From an uncultured Actinomycetes bacterium (GTDB taxonomy: Bacteria; Actinomycetota; Acidimicrobiia; IMCC26256; PALSA-555), in NCBI GenBank assembly GCA_963731625.1, contig CAVSWH010000001.1, forward strand, positions 1,066,685 to 1,130,684: a stretch of DNA of 64,000 bases, written 5' to 3'. Position 1 is the stretch's first letter; each line of letters opens with the position of its first letter. The translations under genes and the position numbers were made by a program. The notes below the pieces were generated by a model. That model saw only the letters and a list, made by a program, of their open reading frames with translations. It did no database searches and was not told the DNA's origin. Below are positions 48,734 to 58,972 of the stretch, one piece after another.

Positions 48734-48982
48734 GTGAGCACGCAGCTGCGTCTCGTCGAGCCCCCCGCCACGGCGCCGTCGCGCCCGGTGGCTCGCCGCG
48801 CGCCCACGAAGGGGACACGTCAGCGGGGTCGTGCCGTGCCACGTCGAGCGCGGCGGGCTGTTCGCTGGGCGGACGACTGGCACCTCGACCCCAACCTCCG
48901 CCGCGTGGGTCGGGCGGGCGTGGCCGCCGCCCGGGCGTCGCTCGGCAAGGCCACCGAGGCCTCGCTCCGCCAGGCGAGCTGA
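48734..48982 (+). CDS. Possible small basic protein (82 aa), unknown function
   Basis: GTG start, GC3-rich codons: VSTQLRLVEPPATAP...WADDWHLDPNLRRVGRAGVAAARASL. Lies in an otherwise unexplained ~350-nt gap. Weak evidence. Confidence 0.25.
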   Translation: MSTQLRLVEPPATAPSRPVARRAPTKGTRQRGRAVPRRARRAVRWADDWHLDPNLRRVGRAGVAAARASLGKATEASLRQAS

Positions 48983-48989
48983 GGCCGCG

Positions 48990-50471
48990 CTACCGGCCGG
49001 CGCCGAGCGGGACGAGGAAGTCGGCGGTCGGCAGGAAGTTCGGGCTGTAGTACGGGTCGTCGTACAGGGCAGGGCGCCAGCGGTCCCGGAGGCGGTCGAG
49101 CTCCTCTTGGGCGACCGGACCGGGCTCGCGACTCGAGGTCTCGTAGTGGAAGAGCTCGGCGTCGGGCGTCCAGACGGTGCGCAGCCCAACCTGGCGCAGC
49201 TTGAGGCAGAAGTCGACGTCGTTGTAGTTGGACGGGAACGCCGTCGAGAGCCCGCCGACCTGCTCGAACGCGGCACGGCGGGTCATGAGGCACGCGCCGG
49301 TCACCGCGAGGTAGTTGGCCGGCACCCCCACGTTGTCGTGGTAGCCGGGGTAGTCGGCGGGGAACCCGTAGTAGGGGTGGCCCGGGTTGCCGCCGATGGC
49401 GACGACGCCGACGTGCTGGTAGCGCCCGTCCGCGAAGCGCAGGAACGCGCCGACGGCGCCGATGCCCGCGTCGAGTGCATAGAGAAGGAGCGACTCGATC
49501 CAGCCTGGGTTGCGCACCGCCGTGTCGTCGTTCAGAAGCAGCACGTACTCGCCACGGCTGTGGAGCACCCCCACGTTGATCTTGTGAGCGAAGTTGAAGG
49601 GTTCGGTGTACTCGACGAGCCGGAGCCGGTCACCGGCTGCGGCGCGGAGCCGCCGGCGGGTCGTCTCCTCGACCGTGGGATCGGCGACCACGACCAGCTC
49701 GAGGTTCGGGTAGGTCGACCGACCCACGACGCTCTCGACGGCGTTGGCGACGAGGTCGAGGGTCTCACCGCGGACACGGCGCCGGCGCCCGCCGGTCGGG
49801 ATGACGATCGACACGAGAGGCGTGGAGGTCAGGCGGGGGCGCACCCGGAACGTCCGCCCGTTCGGGTCGGGTTCGGCGACGGCGGCGAGGCCGCGCGTGC
49901 GGAGGTGCGGTCCGAGCACGTCGTCGGCGACGGCGTCGGCACCGTCGAGCGCCAGATCGCGGCGTCGCCGATAGCCGATCGCGGGCAGGTGCTCGACACG
50001 CCGGGCTGCGGCGGTGACTCGCAGCACGAGGTCGTACTCCCAGCCCGACGCGGCGACGTCCCGGATCCCGCCGACGTCGAGGATCAGCGATCGACGCAGG
50101 AGCGTGAGCCGACCGATGTAGTTGTGACCGAGCAGGCGCTCGGGTGACCATCCCGGCTTGAAGAACGGCTCGGCGCGCCTGTCGCGACTCGCCTCGTCGG
50201 TGTAGACGACGTCTACGTCGGCGTCGTCGCCCACGCGCCGCGCCTGCTGGAGGGCACCGACGTTCAGCGTGTCACCCGGCGTCACGAAGGCGACGAAGCG
50301 TCCTGTCGAGCGCGCGACCGCGTCACGGGCGGCGTCGGCGACCGGCCGGCCGACGTCGCAGTGCACGAGCTCGCATCCGGGCGGTCGACGCCAGCCCCGC
50401 CTCAGGTGGGCGAGGCTGCCCGCGGACCCTGGCAGCCGGATCAGCGAGACGTCGGGATGCGCTGCGCTCAA
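48990..50471 (-). CDS. Family 2 glycosyltransferase (degenerate N-terminal plus canonical C-terminal GT2 module)
   Basis: VSIVIPTGG...LLLNDDTAV...GACLMTRRAAFEQVGG...NDVDFCLKLRQVG. Candidate TTG start at 50471 overlaps the upstream stop (TTGA); the tracked ORF extends to 50546. Confidence 0.8.
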   Translation of the reverse strand: MSAAHPDVSLIRLPGSAGSLAHLRRGWRRPPGCELVHCDVGRPVADAARDAVARSTGRFVAFVTPGDTLNVGALQQARRVGDDADVDVVYTDEASRDRRAEPFFKPGWSPERLLGHNYIGRLTLLRRSLILDVGGIRDVAASGWEYDLVLRVTAAARRVEHLPAIGYRRRRDLALDGADAVADDVLGPHLRTRGLAAVAEPDPNGRTFRVRPRLTSTPLVSIVIPTGGRRRRVRGETLDLVANAVESVVGRSTYPNLELVVVADPTVEETTRRRLRAAAGDRLRLVEYTEPFNFAHKINVGVLHSRGEYVLLLNDDTAVRNPGWIESLLLYALDAGIGAVGAFLRFADGRYQHVGVVAIGGNPGHPYYGFPADYPGYHDNVGVPANYLAVTGACLMTRRAAFEQVGGLSTAFPSNYNDVDFCLKLRQVGLRTVWTPDAELFHYETSSREPGPVAQEELDRLRDRWRPALYDDPYYSPNFLPTADFLVPLGAGR

Positions 50472-50776
50472 GAGGTCGGATGGCGACGGGCGCGTTCCTG
50501 CGCAACGAGCCGCCGGACGGCGCGGTAGGGCGCGAGCACACGCCACGTCACGGACTGCTTCAACGCCGCCAGCTCGTCGGCCGCCCCCTGATAGCGAATG
50601 AGTTCGGCCTCCAGCACGCGCAGCTGGCCGAGCGCGTCGCCCAGCTGCGCTTGGGTGGCGATCAGCTCGTCCCGGGTGCGCAGGAGCTCTTCGTGCTCGT
50701 CAGCGCCCGCGTCCGACACGGCGGCTGATGCTACTCGGGGGCCCGTCGCGCACCTCGGGTGAGAAGCGTGGACCAC
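50468..50776 (-). CDS. Small coiled-coil protein inside the glycan operon
   Basis: EHEELLRTRDELIATQAQLGDALGQLRVLEAELIRYQGAADELAALKQSVTWRVLAPYRAVRRLV. Wedged between two glycosyltransferase genes with 1-nt and overlapping junctions. Confidence 0.45.
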   Translation of the reverse strand: MVHASHPRCATGPRVASAAVSDAGADEHEELLRTRDELIATQAQLGDALGQLRVLEAELIRYQGAADELAALKQSVTWRVLAPYRAVRRLVAQERARRHPTS

Positions 50777-50777
50777 G

Positions 50778-53289
50778 TCAGCCGGGTGGACGGCCTCGGC
50801 TCAGCAGTCGGGAAGCGCGGCGTCGTCCGCGTCCGACGAGTCCCTGGAGGTCGCCTTCACGCACGTGCTCGACGATGATCCCGAGGTCGCGTTGCAGCCG
50901 ACGTCGGAACCGACGCGTGTTGAGCGGGTCACCGATCGTCGACGCCATGAGCGGATCGACGAGGTCAGGCGCGCGGCGGGGCGCGCGGCAGAACTCCACG
51001 AGCGGACGCAGCGTCTCGGACCAGCGGAGTTCGTCGGCCAGGCCACGGGAGGCTTGGCCGGCCTGGCGGCGCAGGTCCGCGTCGTCGAGGAGTCGGAAGA
51101 GCGCCTCCTCAAGCTGATCGACGTCGGCGGGGGGCACGGTCAGGCCCGCGCCCCGCTGCTCGATGAGATCCCCGAGCGAGTCGCCGGCGGTGCACACGAC
51201 CGGGAGCCCAGCCCAGAAGTAGTCGAGGATTCGGGTGCGGAACGAGAACTCGGTCTCGATGTGATCGAGGTGCGTGCTCACGCCGATGTCTGCCTCGAGC
51301 AGGTAGTTCTGTCGGTCGCCGTAGGGGACCCAGTCCTCGTTGAAGAAGATGTGCGTGTTCAGCAGCCCGAGCTCGGTCGCCAGGTTGAGCGTGTCCTCGG
51401 CGATCGTCATCTCGCCGACGTAGGGGTTCGGGTGCTTCACGCCGAGGAAGTACAGGCGGACCTCGGGCACCCGCGCCCGGAGCTTGTCGATCGCTCGCAC
51501 CAGCGTGAGCGGGTCGAACCAGCTGTAGATGCCGCCACCCCACAGGATCACCTTGTCGTCAGTCCCGATCCCCGGCACCACGCCCTTGAGGACCTGGCGG
51601 TCGTGGTGCGGGGGCTCCTCGCTCACGCCGAACGGCGCGACGGCGATCAGCGAGTGAAGGTTCTCGTGCTCGTCGTAGGTCGACGGGTTGATGCGGCCGA
51701 CGCCGGCAAGCTGCCCGAGCCAGAAGTGCCGCTGCTTCTCGCTGGCACACAGGAAGAAGTCGCCGCGCAGAAGCTGCTGGTTCAGGACCTCCTTGGTGGA
51801 CCGCGTCATGAACCGCCGGTCGATCGCGGCGAGGCCGCGTGCCTGCTCGAGCACTTCGAGGTGGAAGGGGTCGTAGATGTCGGCGACGACCACCCGGTCG
51901 GTCTTCTGGAGGGAGGGGTGCTGGGCCATCAGGTTGCCCTGGAAGACGACGACGTCCGACGCCGCGACGAGCCCGCGCAGCTCCGCCTCGTCGACGCGAC
52001 GAACCGGGAAGGGCTGGTTCTCGAGGTTGCAACGCATCGTCGTGACGAGCGTGACGTCGTGCTCGGCCGACAGGATTCGGGCGATCTGCAGTGCCCGGAT
52101 CGCGGGGCCGGCCATCTTGGGCTCGAGCACGTCGCCGGTGGCGACGAGGATGCGCCGACCGGTCTCGAAGAGCTGCCGAACGCCGAGGGCGTCGACCACC
52201 GCGTTGAAGGGATGGACGAACCCCGGGTCGCCGATGTTCGGGAAGAGCTGCAGCTGGAAGAGGCGCTCGACCTCTTGGTCCGAGCGGCGCCGCTTCGACT
52301 GGACGGCGTGCCGGGCGTGCTGGAGCTCAGGGACCGCGCGACAGAAGGCGTCGACGGCGTAGGCGCCCGCCAGCGTCTCCTTCGCGACCTCGATGCGTTC
52401 GACGTCGTCGCCGCCGGGGCGCAGCTGGAGGTCCAGCGCGTCGGCGTCGTCCTGACCGGTGACGGTGCGCCGTCGGATCGCCAAGATCGCCGCGGCGCCC
52501 AACGCGCGACGGAGGTGGTCGTCGTCGTAGTTCTTGAAGATCGTGAAGAGCGCGTTCCGCTCCAGGAGGTAGTGCTCGCGCCACGAGGCGTAGTGGTCCA
52601 CGGTCGCGTGGTGCCGGTGGTAGACGACCGAGGTGGGCACGTACCGGACCCGGTAGCCCTGGATCCACAGTCGCCACCCGAAGTCGACGTCTTCGAAGAA
52701 CATGAAGTAGCGCTCGTCGAATCCGCCGGTGTAACGGAAGGTCTCCGCATCGACGAGCATCGCTGCACCCGACGCGAACAGCACGTCCGCGGGGCGGTCG
52801 TACACCGGGTCGTCGGGCTCGCCGGCGTGCAACTTGAACCCGTGGCCGTAGAAGCTGAGCGCCGCGCCGACGAAGTCGACACGCTGGCCCGACCAGTCGA
52901 GGATCTTGCTCGCGACGCACGCCACGCCGTCGTTGCGGAGGCCGGGGATGCCCTCCTGCAACCAGTCGGGCGCGGGCCGGGCGTCGTTGTTGAGGAAGGC
53001 GATCCACTCGCCCGTCGCCGCGTCGACCCCGCGGTTGCATCCGCCGGCGAACCCGGCGTTTTCGTCGAGCGCGACCACGGTGGCGCTGCGGCGCTGCGTC
53101 TTGGATGCGGGCGACATCGTCGCCGGCGGACGCGGTGTCGACGACGATGACCTCGAGCTGGCCGTCCGGCCACTCGAGCTCGTCCACGGCCCGAAGGGCC
53201 TCCAACGTGTGGTCGGCCCCATCGTGGTTGACGAGCACGACGGACACGACGCCGGGGCGCAGGATCCCGGCTTTGGACAGCAGGCTCAC
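50778..53289 (-). pseudogene. Bifunctional GT2 / GT4 (GT-B) glycosyltransferase, one N-terminal frameshift
   Basis: N-terminus VSVVLVNHDGADHTLEALRAV...EVIVVDTAS is in ORF 52327-53421. The rest is in ORF 50778-53222 (NAGFAGGCNRG...FLNNDARP...FFEDVDFGWRL, then the GT-B part ...ILWGGGIYSWFDP...DWVPYGDRQNYLLEADIGVSTH). Frame change is near 53100. Confidence 0.8.
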
Positions 53290-53335
53290 CCGACGCGCGC
53301 GCGCCGCGCGTACCGCACCGACGGCGGGACCGCCG

Positions 53336-54160
53336 TCACAGCTCCTCCGCGAGGCGCCGGCTGAGCTTGCCGAAGACCCAGAGCCCGAGCACGAGGAGCG
53401 CGAACGCCCAGACGGCTTCATAGAGGACGTCGGTGAGCCCGGGAAGTCGCAGGTCGTAGAGGACGGCTCGATAGTTCTCGACCATCCGCACTAACGGGTT
53501 CAGCATGTAGATGCGGCGGAAGGGGATCGTGATGCCGAGGGGATGCGCCTCCTTCGGCACGAGGGTCAAGGGATAGACGATGGGGATCGAATAGAAGAGC
53601 GCTTGGAGCGAGACGTTGACGAAGTGCTTGACGTCGCGGAAGTACACGTTGAGCGAGGCCAGGATCAGGCCGACGCCGGTGACCAGCACGGCCTGCAGGA
53701 CCATGAGGGCGAGGAGCAGCGGCAGCCACGGGATGACGTCGTTGCCCACCGCGAGCAGCACCGCGCACAGCACGCCCATCTCGATCAAGAAGGTCGTGAA
53801 GAGCGACAGGACCGTCGAGAAGACGATCACTTCTCGCGGGAAATACACCTTCTTGATGAGGTTGGCATTGCCGAGGAGGCTCTCGGTTGATGCCGACATG
53901 CCGCCCGACAGGAAGTTCCACGCCAGCAGACCGCACAGCAGGAACATCGCGAACGAGTTGAGGCCGCTCGGGTGCCCGACCGGGGGCTTGACGCGCAGGA
54001 AGAACGAGAAGACGAGCGTGAAGACCGCCATGGTGATGAGCGGGTTCAGCAGCGACCACGTCCAGCCCAGGACCGACTTCTTGTAGCGGCTGCGAAGCTC
54101 TCGGAGCGTGAGGTTCAGCGTGAGCTCGCGAGCATCGAGGTACTCGCGCAGGCGCCCCAT
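53336..54160 (-). CDS. wzm: ABC-2 type polysaccharide export permease (Wzm/TagG-like)
   Basis: LTLRELRSRYKKSVLGWTWSLLNPL...KKVYFPREV. Six hydrophobic helices. ATG at 54160. Confidence 0.85.
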   Translation of the reverse strand: MGRLREYLDARELTLNLTLRELRSRYKKSVLGWTWSLLNPLITMAVFTLVFSFFLRVKPPVGHPSGLNSFAMFLLCGLLAWNFLSGGMSASTESLLGNANLIKKVYFPREVIVFSTVLSLFTTFLIEMGVLCAVLLAVGNDVIPWLPLLLALMVLQAVLVTGVGLILASLNVYFRDVKHFVNVSLQALFYSIPIVYPLTLVPKEAHPLGITIPFRRIYMLNPLVRMVENYRAVLYDLRLPGLTDVLYEAVWAFALLVLGLWVFGKLSRRLAEEL

Positions 54161-54483
54161 GGCCGGGTCACGATAGCCGATGCCCTCTGAGGCCCTCCGT
54201 CGGCGGCGGCGCGCGCGCACGCCGGTCCGGCCACGGCCACAGGGCTCGCACTCGACCTCGAGCGACGCCGGCGCGGCGCACCTCGCTCACGGCTGAACCC
54301 GACTCGCGACGCGATGGTGCTTGGACGCGTCCACCCGCGACGTCGTCGTGGCGCACGGGCCCGTGTGGGCTGGTGGTGCGAGCCCCGAGGGACGGCGTGG
54401 CTACTATTTCGTCGTGCGCTCGCCAACCCGGTGGGGTGGCTTTGTCGGCGGCGCGCCGCCCTCTCCCACAGCCCAGTAAGCAC

Positions 54484-55692
54484 ATGAGCGACGACGCTGC
54501 CATCCGGATTGACGCGCTCTGGAAGCGGTACCGCCTCTACCACGAGTACCACCAGACGCTGAAGGGCACGATCGTGCGCGGCAAGGGCCGCCGGGCCAAG
54601 TACGAGGAGTTCTGGGCGCTCAAGGACGTGTCGTTCGACATCGCCCATGGGGAGACGTTCGCCATCATCGGTGAGAACGGCTCCGGCAAGAGCACCATGC
54701 TCAAGTGCCTCGCCCGAATCCTCACGCCGGACAAGGGCGCCGTGCAGACCCGCGGCCGCATCTCGGCCCTGTTGGAGCTCGGCACGGGCTTCCACCAGGA
54801 GTTGACGGGGCGGGAGAACGTCTACCTGAACGCCTCGCTGCTTGGTTTGAGCAAGAAGGAGGTCAACAGCCAATTCGACGACATCGTCGACTTCTCGGGC
54901 ATCGAGCGGTTCCTCGACACGCCGGTCAAGTACTACTCCTCCGGCATGTACATCCGGCTGGGGTTCTCCATCGCGATCCACGTTCAGCCCGACATCCTCC
55001 TCGTCGACGAGGTGCTCGCGGTCGGCGACGCCGAGTTTCAGCGCAAGTGCCTCGAACGGATCGACGAGCTGCGGCAAGGCGGTGCGACGATCGTCATCGT
55101 GACGCACGCGCTCGGGTCGGTGAAGCACCTTTGCGATCGTGCCGCGCTCCTCGACCACGGCGAGATGACTCGCCTCGGTCCGGCCGCCGAGGTGATCGAG
55201 GGCTACCTCGGCGACGTCCTCGCCGACCGCAAGCCCGACGGCGAGCACGGGCAGCGCTGGGGCACCGGCGAGGTCACGATCTCCCACGTCGAGTTCCTCG
55301 ACGCGGCGGGACAGCCGGCCAAGCGGATCCGGACGGGTGACACGATCGTGTTTCGGGCCCACTGGACGACGGCCGAGACGATCGAGCGTCCCGTGTTCCA
55401 ATTCGGTCTCACGCGAGTCGACGGCGTCGACATCACGGGGCCGAACACGCGGGCGAGCGGCGTCGTGCCCGACCGGATCACGGGTGACGGCCACACCGAC
55501 CTGCGCGTCGATCGCCTAATGCTGCTCCCGGGCACCTACGATCTGAGCGCGTCGGTCATCAACTTCGCTCAGTCAAAGGCGTACGACTCCCGATACCGCA
55601 CGTTCCGATTCGACGTCGAGACGGGCGACCCGGCCGAGGACTTCGGGATCATGTCGCTCGGCGGTCAGTGGGACGGCCCCACACCCGACTGA
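54484..55692 (+). CDS. wzt: Polysaccharide ABC exporter ATP-binding protein (Wzt/TagH-like) with a ~150-aa C-terminal extension
   Basis: Walker [10 protein letters not shown], signature YSSGM, Walker B ILLVDE. C-terminal beta-rich domain ([26 protein letters not shown]...DLSASVINF). Confidence 0.88.
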   Translation: MSDDAAIRIDALWKRYRLYHEYHQTLKGTIVRGKGRRAKYEEFWALKDVSFDIAHGETFAIIGENGSGKSTMLKCLARILTPDKGAVQTRGRISALLELGTGFHQELTGRENVYLNASLLGLSKKEVNSQFDDIVDFSGIERFLDTPVKYYSSGMYIRLGFSIAIHVQPDILLVDEVLAVGDAEFQRKCLERIDELRQGGATIVIVTHALGSVKHLCDRAALLDHGEMTRLGPAAEVIEGYLGDVLADRKPDGEHGQRWGTGEVTISHVEFLDAAGQPAKRIRTGDTIVFRAHWTTAETIERPVFQFGLTRVDGVDITGPNTRASGVVPDRITGDGHTDLRVDRLMLLPGTYDLSASVINFAQSKAYDSRYRTFRFDVETGDPAEDFGIMSLGGQWDGPTPD

Positions 55693-55694
55693 CA

Positions 55695-55714
55695 CGCGGC
55701 GATGGGTCGCCGCG
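55695..55714 (+). terminator. Short GC hairpin after wzt
   Basis: CGCGGCGA-TGGG-TCGCCGCG, 3 nt after the wzt stop. No U-tract. Confidence 0.3.
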
Positions 55715-55763
55715 CGTCGCGGCGGATGGGGACCCGACCGAACGGGCGTCTAGCCTCGTTCAT

Positions 55764-57901
55764 ATGGTCGAGCGCCCCGACCGCGCCGGGTGGGCCGAGC
55801 TTGCGGCCAAGGAGGCCAAAGGCGATCCCGAACGCCTCGTGTGGCACACACCCGAGGGGATTCCGGTCCAGCCGCTCTACACCGCCGAGGACCTCGCCGG
55901 CCTCGAGTTCGTCGACACGTTGCCCGGCTTCGAGCCGTTCCTCCGCGGCGTGCGGGCCACGATGTACGCCGAACCGCCCGTGGACGATCCGCCAGTACGC
56001 CGGCTTCTCGACGGCCGAGGAATCGAACGCCTTCTACCGCCAGAACCTCGCCGCGGGTCAGATGGGCCTCTCGGTCGCGTTCGACCTCGCCACCCACCGG
56101 GGCTACGACAGCGACCACCCGCGCGTGGTCGGCGACGTCGGCAAGGCGGGCGTCGCCATCGACTCGGTCGAGGACATGAAGGTCCTCTTCGACGGGATCC
56201 CGCTCGACCGGATGACCGTGTCGATGACCATGAACGGCGCCGTCCTGCCGATCCTCGCCGGGTACATCGTCGCCGGCGAGGAGCAGGGCGTCGACCAGTC
56301 CCAGCTCGGCGGGACCATCCAGAACGACATCCTCAAGGAGTTCATGGTCCGCAACACCTACATCTACCCACCCGAGCCGAGCATGCGGATCGTGGCCGAC
56401 ATCATCGAGTACACGGCGCAGCACATGCCGAAGTTCAACTCGATCTCGATCTCCGGGCTACCACATGCAAGAGGCGGGCGCGACGGCCGTCGCAGGAGCT
56501 CGCCTTCACGCTGGCCGACGGGCTCGAGTACGTGCGGGCGGCGCTGTCACGCGGCCTCGACATCGACGCGTTCGCCGGCCGCGTCTCCTTCTTCTTCGCG
56601 ATCGGCATGAACTTCTTCATGGAGGTCGCCAAGCTGCGGGCGGCGCGCCTGCTCTGGTCGCGCATGATGCGCCAGTTCGACCCGAAGCAGCCGAGCTCGC
56701 TGATGCTGCGCACGCACTGTCAGACGTCGGGGGTCTCGCTCACCGAGCAGGACCCCTACAACAACATCGTCCGCACGACGCTCGAGGCGCTCGCCGCGGC
56801 GCTCGGCGGGACCCAGAGCCTGCACACGAACAGCTTCGACGAGGCGCTCGCGCTGCCGACCGAGTTCGCGGCGCGCATCGCGCGCAACACCCAGCTCATC
56901 CTCCAGGAGGAGAGCGGGATCACGCACGTGGTCGACCCGCTCGGCGGCTCGTACTACGTCGAGGCGCTGACGCGGTTCGCTCGCCGCCGCGGCCCAGGAG
57001 CTCATCGACGAGGTCGAGGCGATGGGCGGCATGACCCAGGCGGTGGAGGCCGGGATGCCGAAGCTGCGCATCGAGGAGGCCGCCGCCCAGCGTCAGGCGC
57101 GCGTCGACCGGGGCGACGAGACCATCGTCGGCGTGAACCGCTACCGACCGGACACCGAGGAGTTCGTCGACATCCGCGACGTCGACAACACGGCCGTGCG
57201 GGCCAGCCAGATCGAGCGCCTCGAGCACCTGCCGCGCGAGCCGCGACCCCGAACGGGTCGCGCAGGCGCTCACGGCGCTCACGGACGGTGCCCGCGGGAA
57301 CGCCAACCTCCTCGCCCTGAGCATCGACGCGGCACGGGCCCGCGCCACCGTCGGCGAGATCTCCGACGCGCTCGAATCGGTGTTCTCGCGCCACCGCGCC
57401 ACGATCCGTACGATCTCCGGCGTGTACGGAGGCGCGGCGGCGGGCGACGAAGAGTGGGAGCGTGCCCGAGCCGACGTGGAGGCCTTCGCCGCGGAGGAGG
57501 GACGCCGCCCCCGGATGCTCGTCGTGAAGATGGGACAGGACGGGCACGACCGGGGCGCGAAGGTGATCGCGACCGCGTTCGCTGACCTGGGCTTCGACGT
57601 CGACGTCGGGCCGCTGTTCCAGACGCCGGAGGAGGTCGCGCGCGACGCGGTCGAGAACGACGTCCACGTGATCGGCGTGAGCAGCCAGGCCGCCGGCCAT
57701 AAGACGCTCGTCCCCGAGCTGCTCGCCCAGCTCCGCAAGCAGGGCGGTGACGACATCGTCGTGGTCGTCGGTGGCGTCGTCCCGGCTCAGGACTACGAGT
57801 TCCTTCGCGACGCCGGCGTCGCCGCCGTCTTCGGGCCCGGTACGAACATCCCTCCCGCCGCGTCCGAGGTGCTCGGCCTGCTGCGCCAGCGGCACCGGTG
57901 A
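55764..57901 (+). pseudogene. Methylmalonyl-CoA mutase catalytic (large) subunit, about five frameshifts
   Basis: [20 protein letters not shown] / [47 protein letters not shown] / [11 protein letters not shown] / [14 protein letters not shown]...RTHCQTSG / [18 protein letters not shown] / ...B12 domain [15 protein letters not shown]. Spread over ORFs 55668-57320, 55702-56610, 57022-57585 and 57380-57901. Confidence 0.88.
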
Positions 57902-57944
57902 CGGCGGCGGGCACCCGCCCGGTGCCCCCGAGCGGCGTCGTCGC

Positions 57945-58938
57945 GTGACCGAGCTCGCCGCCCGGTTGCGGGACGGCGACCGGCGAGCACTCGCCCGGGC
58001 GATCACGCTCGTCGAGAGCACCCGAGCCGACCACCGCGGCGAGGCCGAGGCGCTTCTGACCGAGGTCCTCCCCGCGACCGGCCAGGCGCCGCCGCGTGGG
58101 GATCTCGGGCTCGCCGGGGTCGGGCAAGTCGACGCTCATCGAGGCGCTCGGCCTGCACGTCATCGACCGCGGGCATGCGGTCGCGGTCCTCGCCGTCGAC
58201 CCGTCGAGCACCCGGTCGGGCGGCTCGATCCTCGGCGACAAGACGCGCATGGGCGAGCTGACCCAGCGCGGAGAGGCGTTCGTGCGCCCCTCCCCGACGG
58301 GCGGCACGCTCGGCGGCGTCGCGCGTCGCACGCGCGAGGCGATGCTGCTCTGCGAGGCTGCCGGCTTCGACGTCGTGCTCATCGAGACCGTAGGCACCGG
58401 CCAGTCCGAGGTCTCGGTGGAGGGGATGGTCGACTGCTTCGTCGTGCTCGTGGGCCCGGGCAGCGGCGACGAGCTGCAGGGAATCAAGCGCGGGATCATC
58501 GAGCTCGCCGACGTCGTGGCCGTCACGAAGGCCGACGGCGAGCTCGAGCGGGCGGCCGACACCACCGCGGCCGAGTACGCATCGGCGCTGCGGCTGCTGC
58601 GCCCGAAGCACGCCGAGTGGACCCCGAGCGTCGTGCGGTGCTCCGCCGTCACGGGTGTCGGGATCGATCAGCTGTGGGACGCGGTGGTGGCGCTCGGCGA
58701 CGCGCTGGCCGCGAGCGGCGCGCTGACGCGTCGGCGCGCCGAGCAGGCGCGCGCGTGGCTCTGGGGCGAGATCGGCGCCGGCCTGCTCGAGCGGGTGCGG
58801 GCCGAGCCGGCGGTCGCCGAGCTCACGCGGCGCCTCGAGGAGGACGCGGTCGCCGGGCGGATCCCGCCACCCGTGGCCGCCGAACAGGTGCTCGCTGCGT
58901 TCCTACGAGGAGACGAGCCGCCGGCAACTAGGTCTTGA
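57945..58938 (+). pseudogene. meaB: MeaB/ArgK-type G-protein chaperone of methylmalonyl-CoA mutase, one N-terminal frameshift
   Basis: [25 protein letters not shown] (frame of ORF 57747), then [17 protein letters not shown]...ILGDKTRM...ETVGTGQSE...TKADG (ORF 58096-58938). Frame change is near 58085-58090. Confidence 0.85.
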
Positions 58939-58972
58939 GGCCCTCGTCCCGGGCGCCGATACCACTACGGCT

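Noticed and set aside
50865-53150. 761-aa plus-strand ORF and several 100-400-aa ORFs across the glycosyltransferase gene
   Set aside because: They are antisense or alternative-frame shadows of the GT2/GT4 gene, with no motifs.
55693-55763. Cobalamin riboswitch upstream of methylmalonyl-CoA mutase
   Set aside because: The spacer is only 71 nt, far shorter than a B12 riboswitch, and has no B12-box-like sequence.
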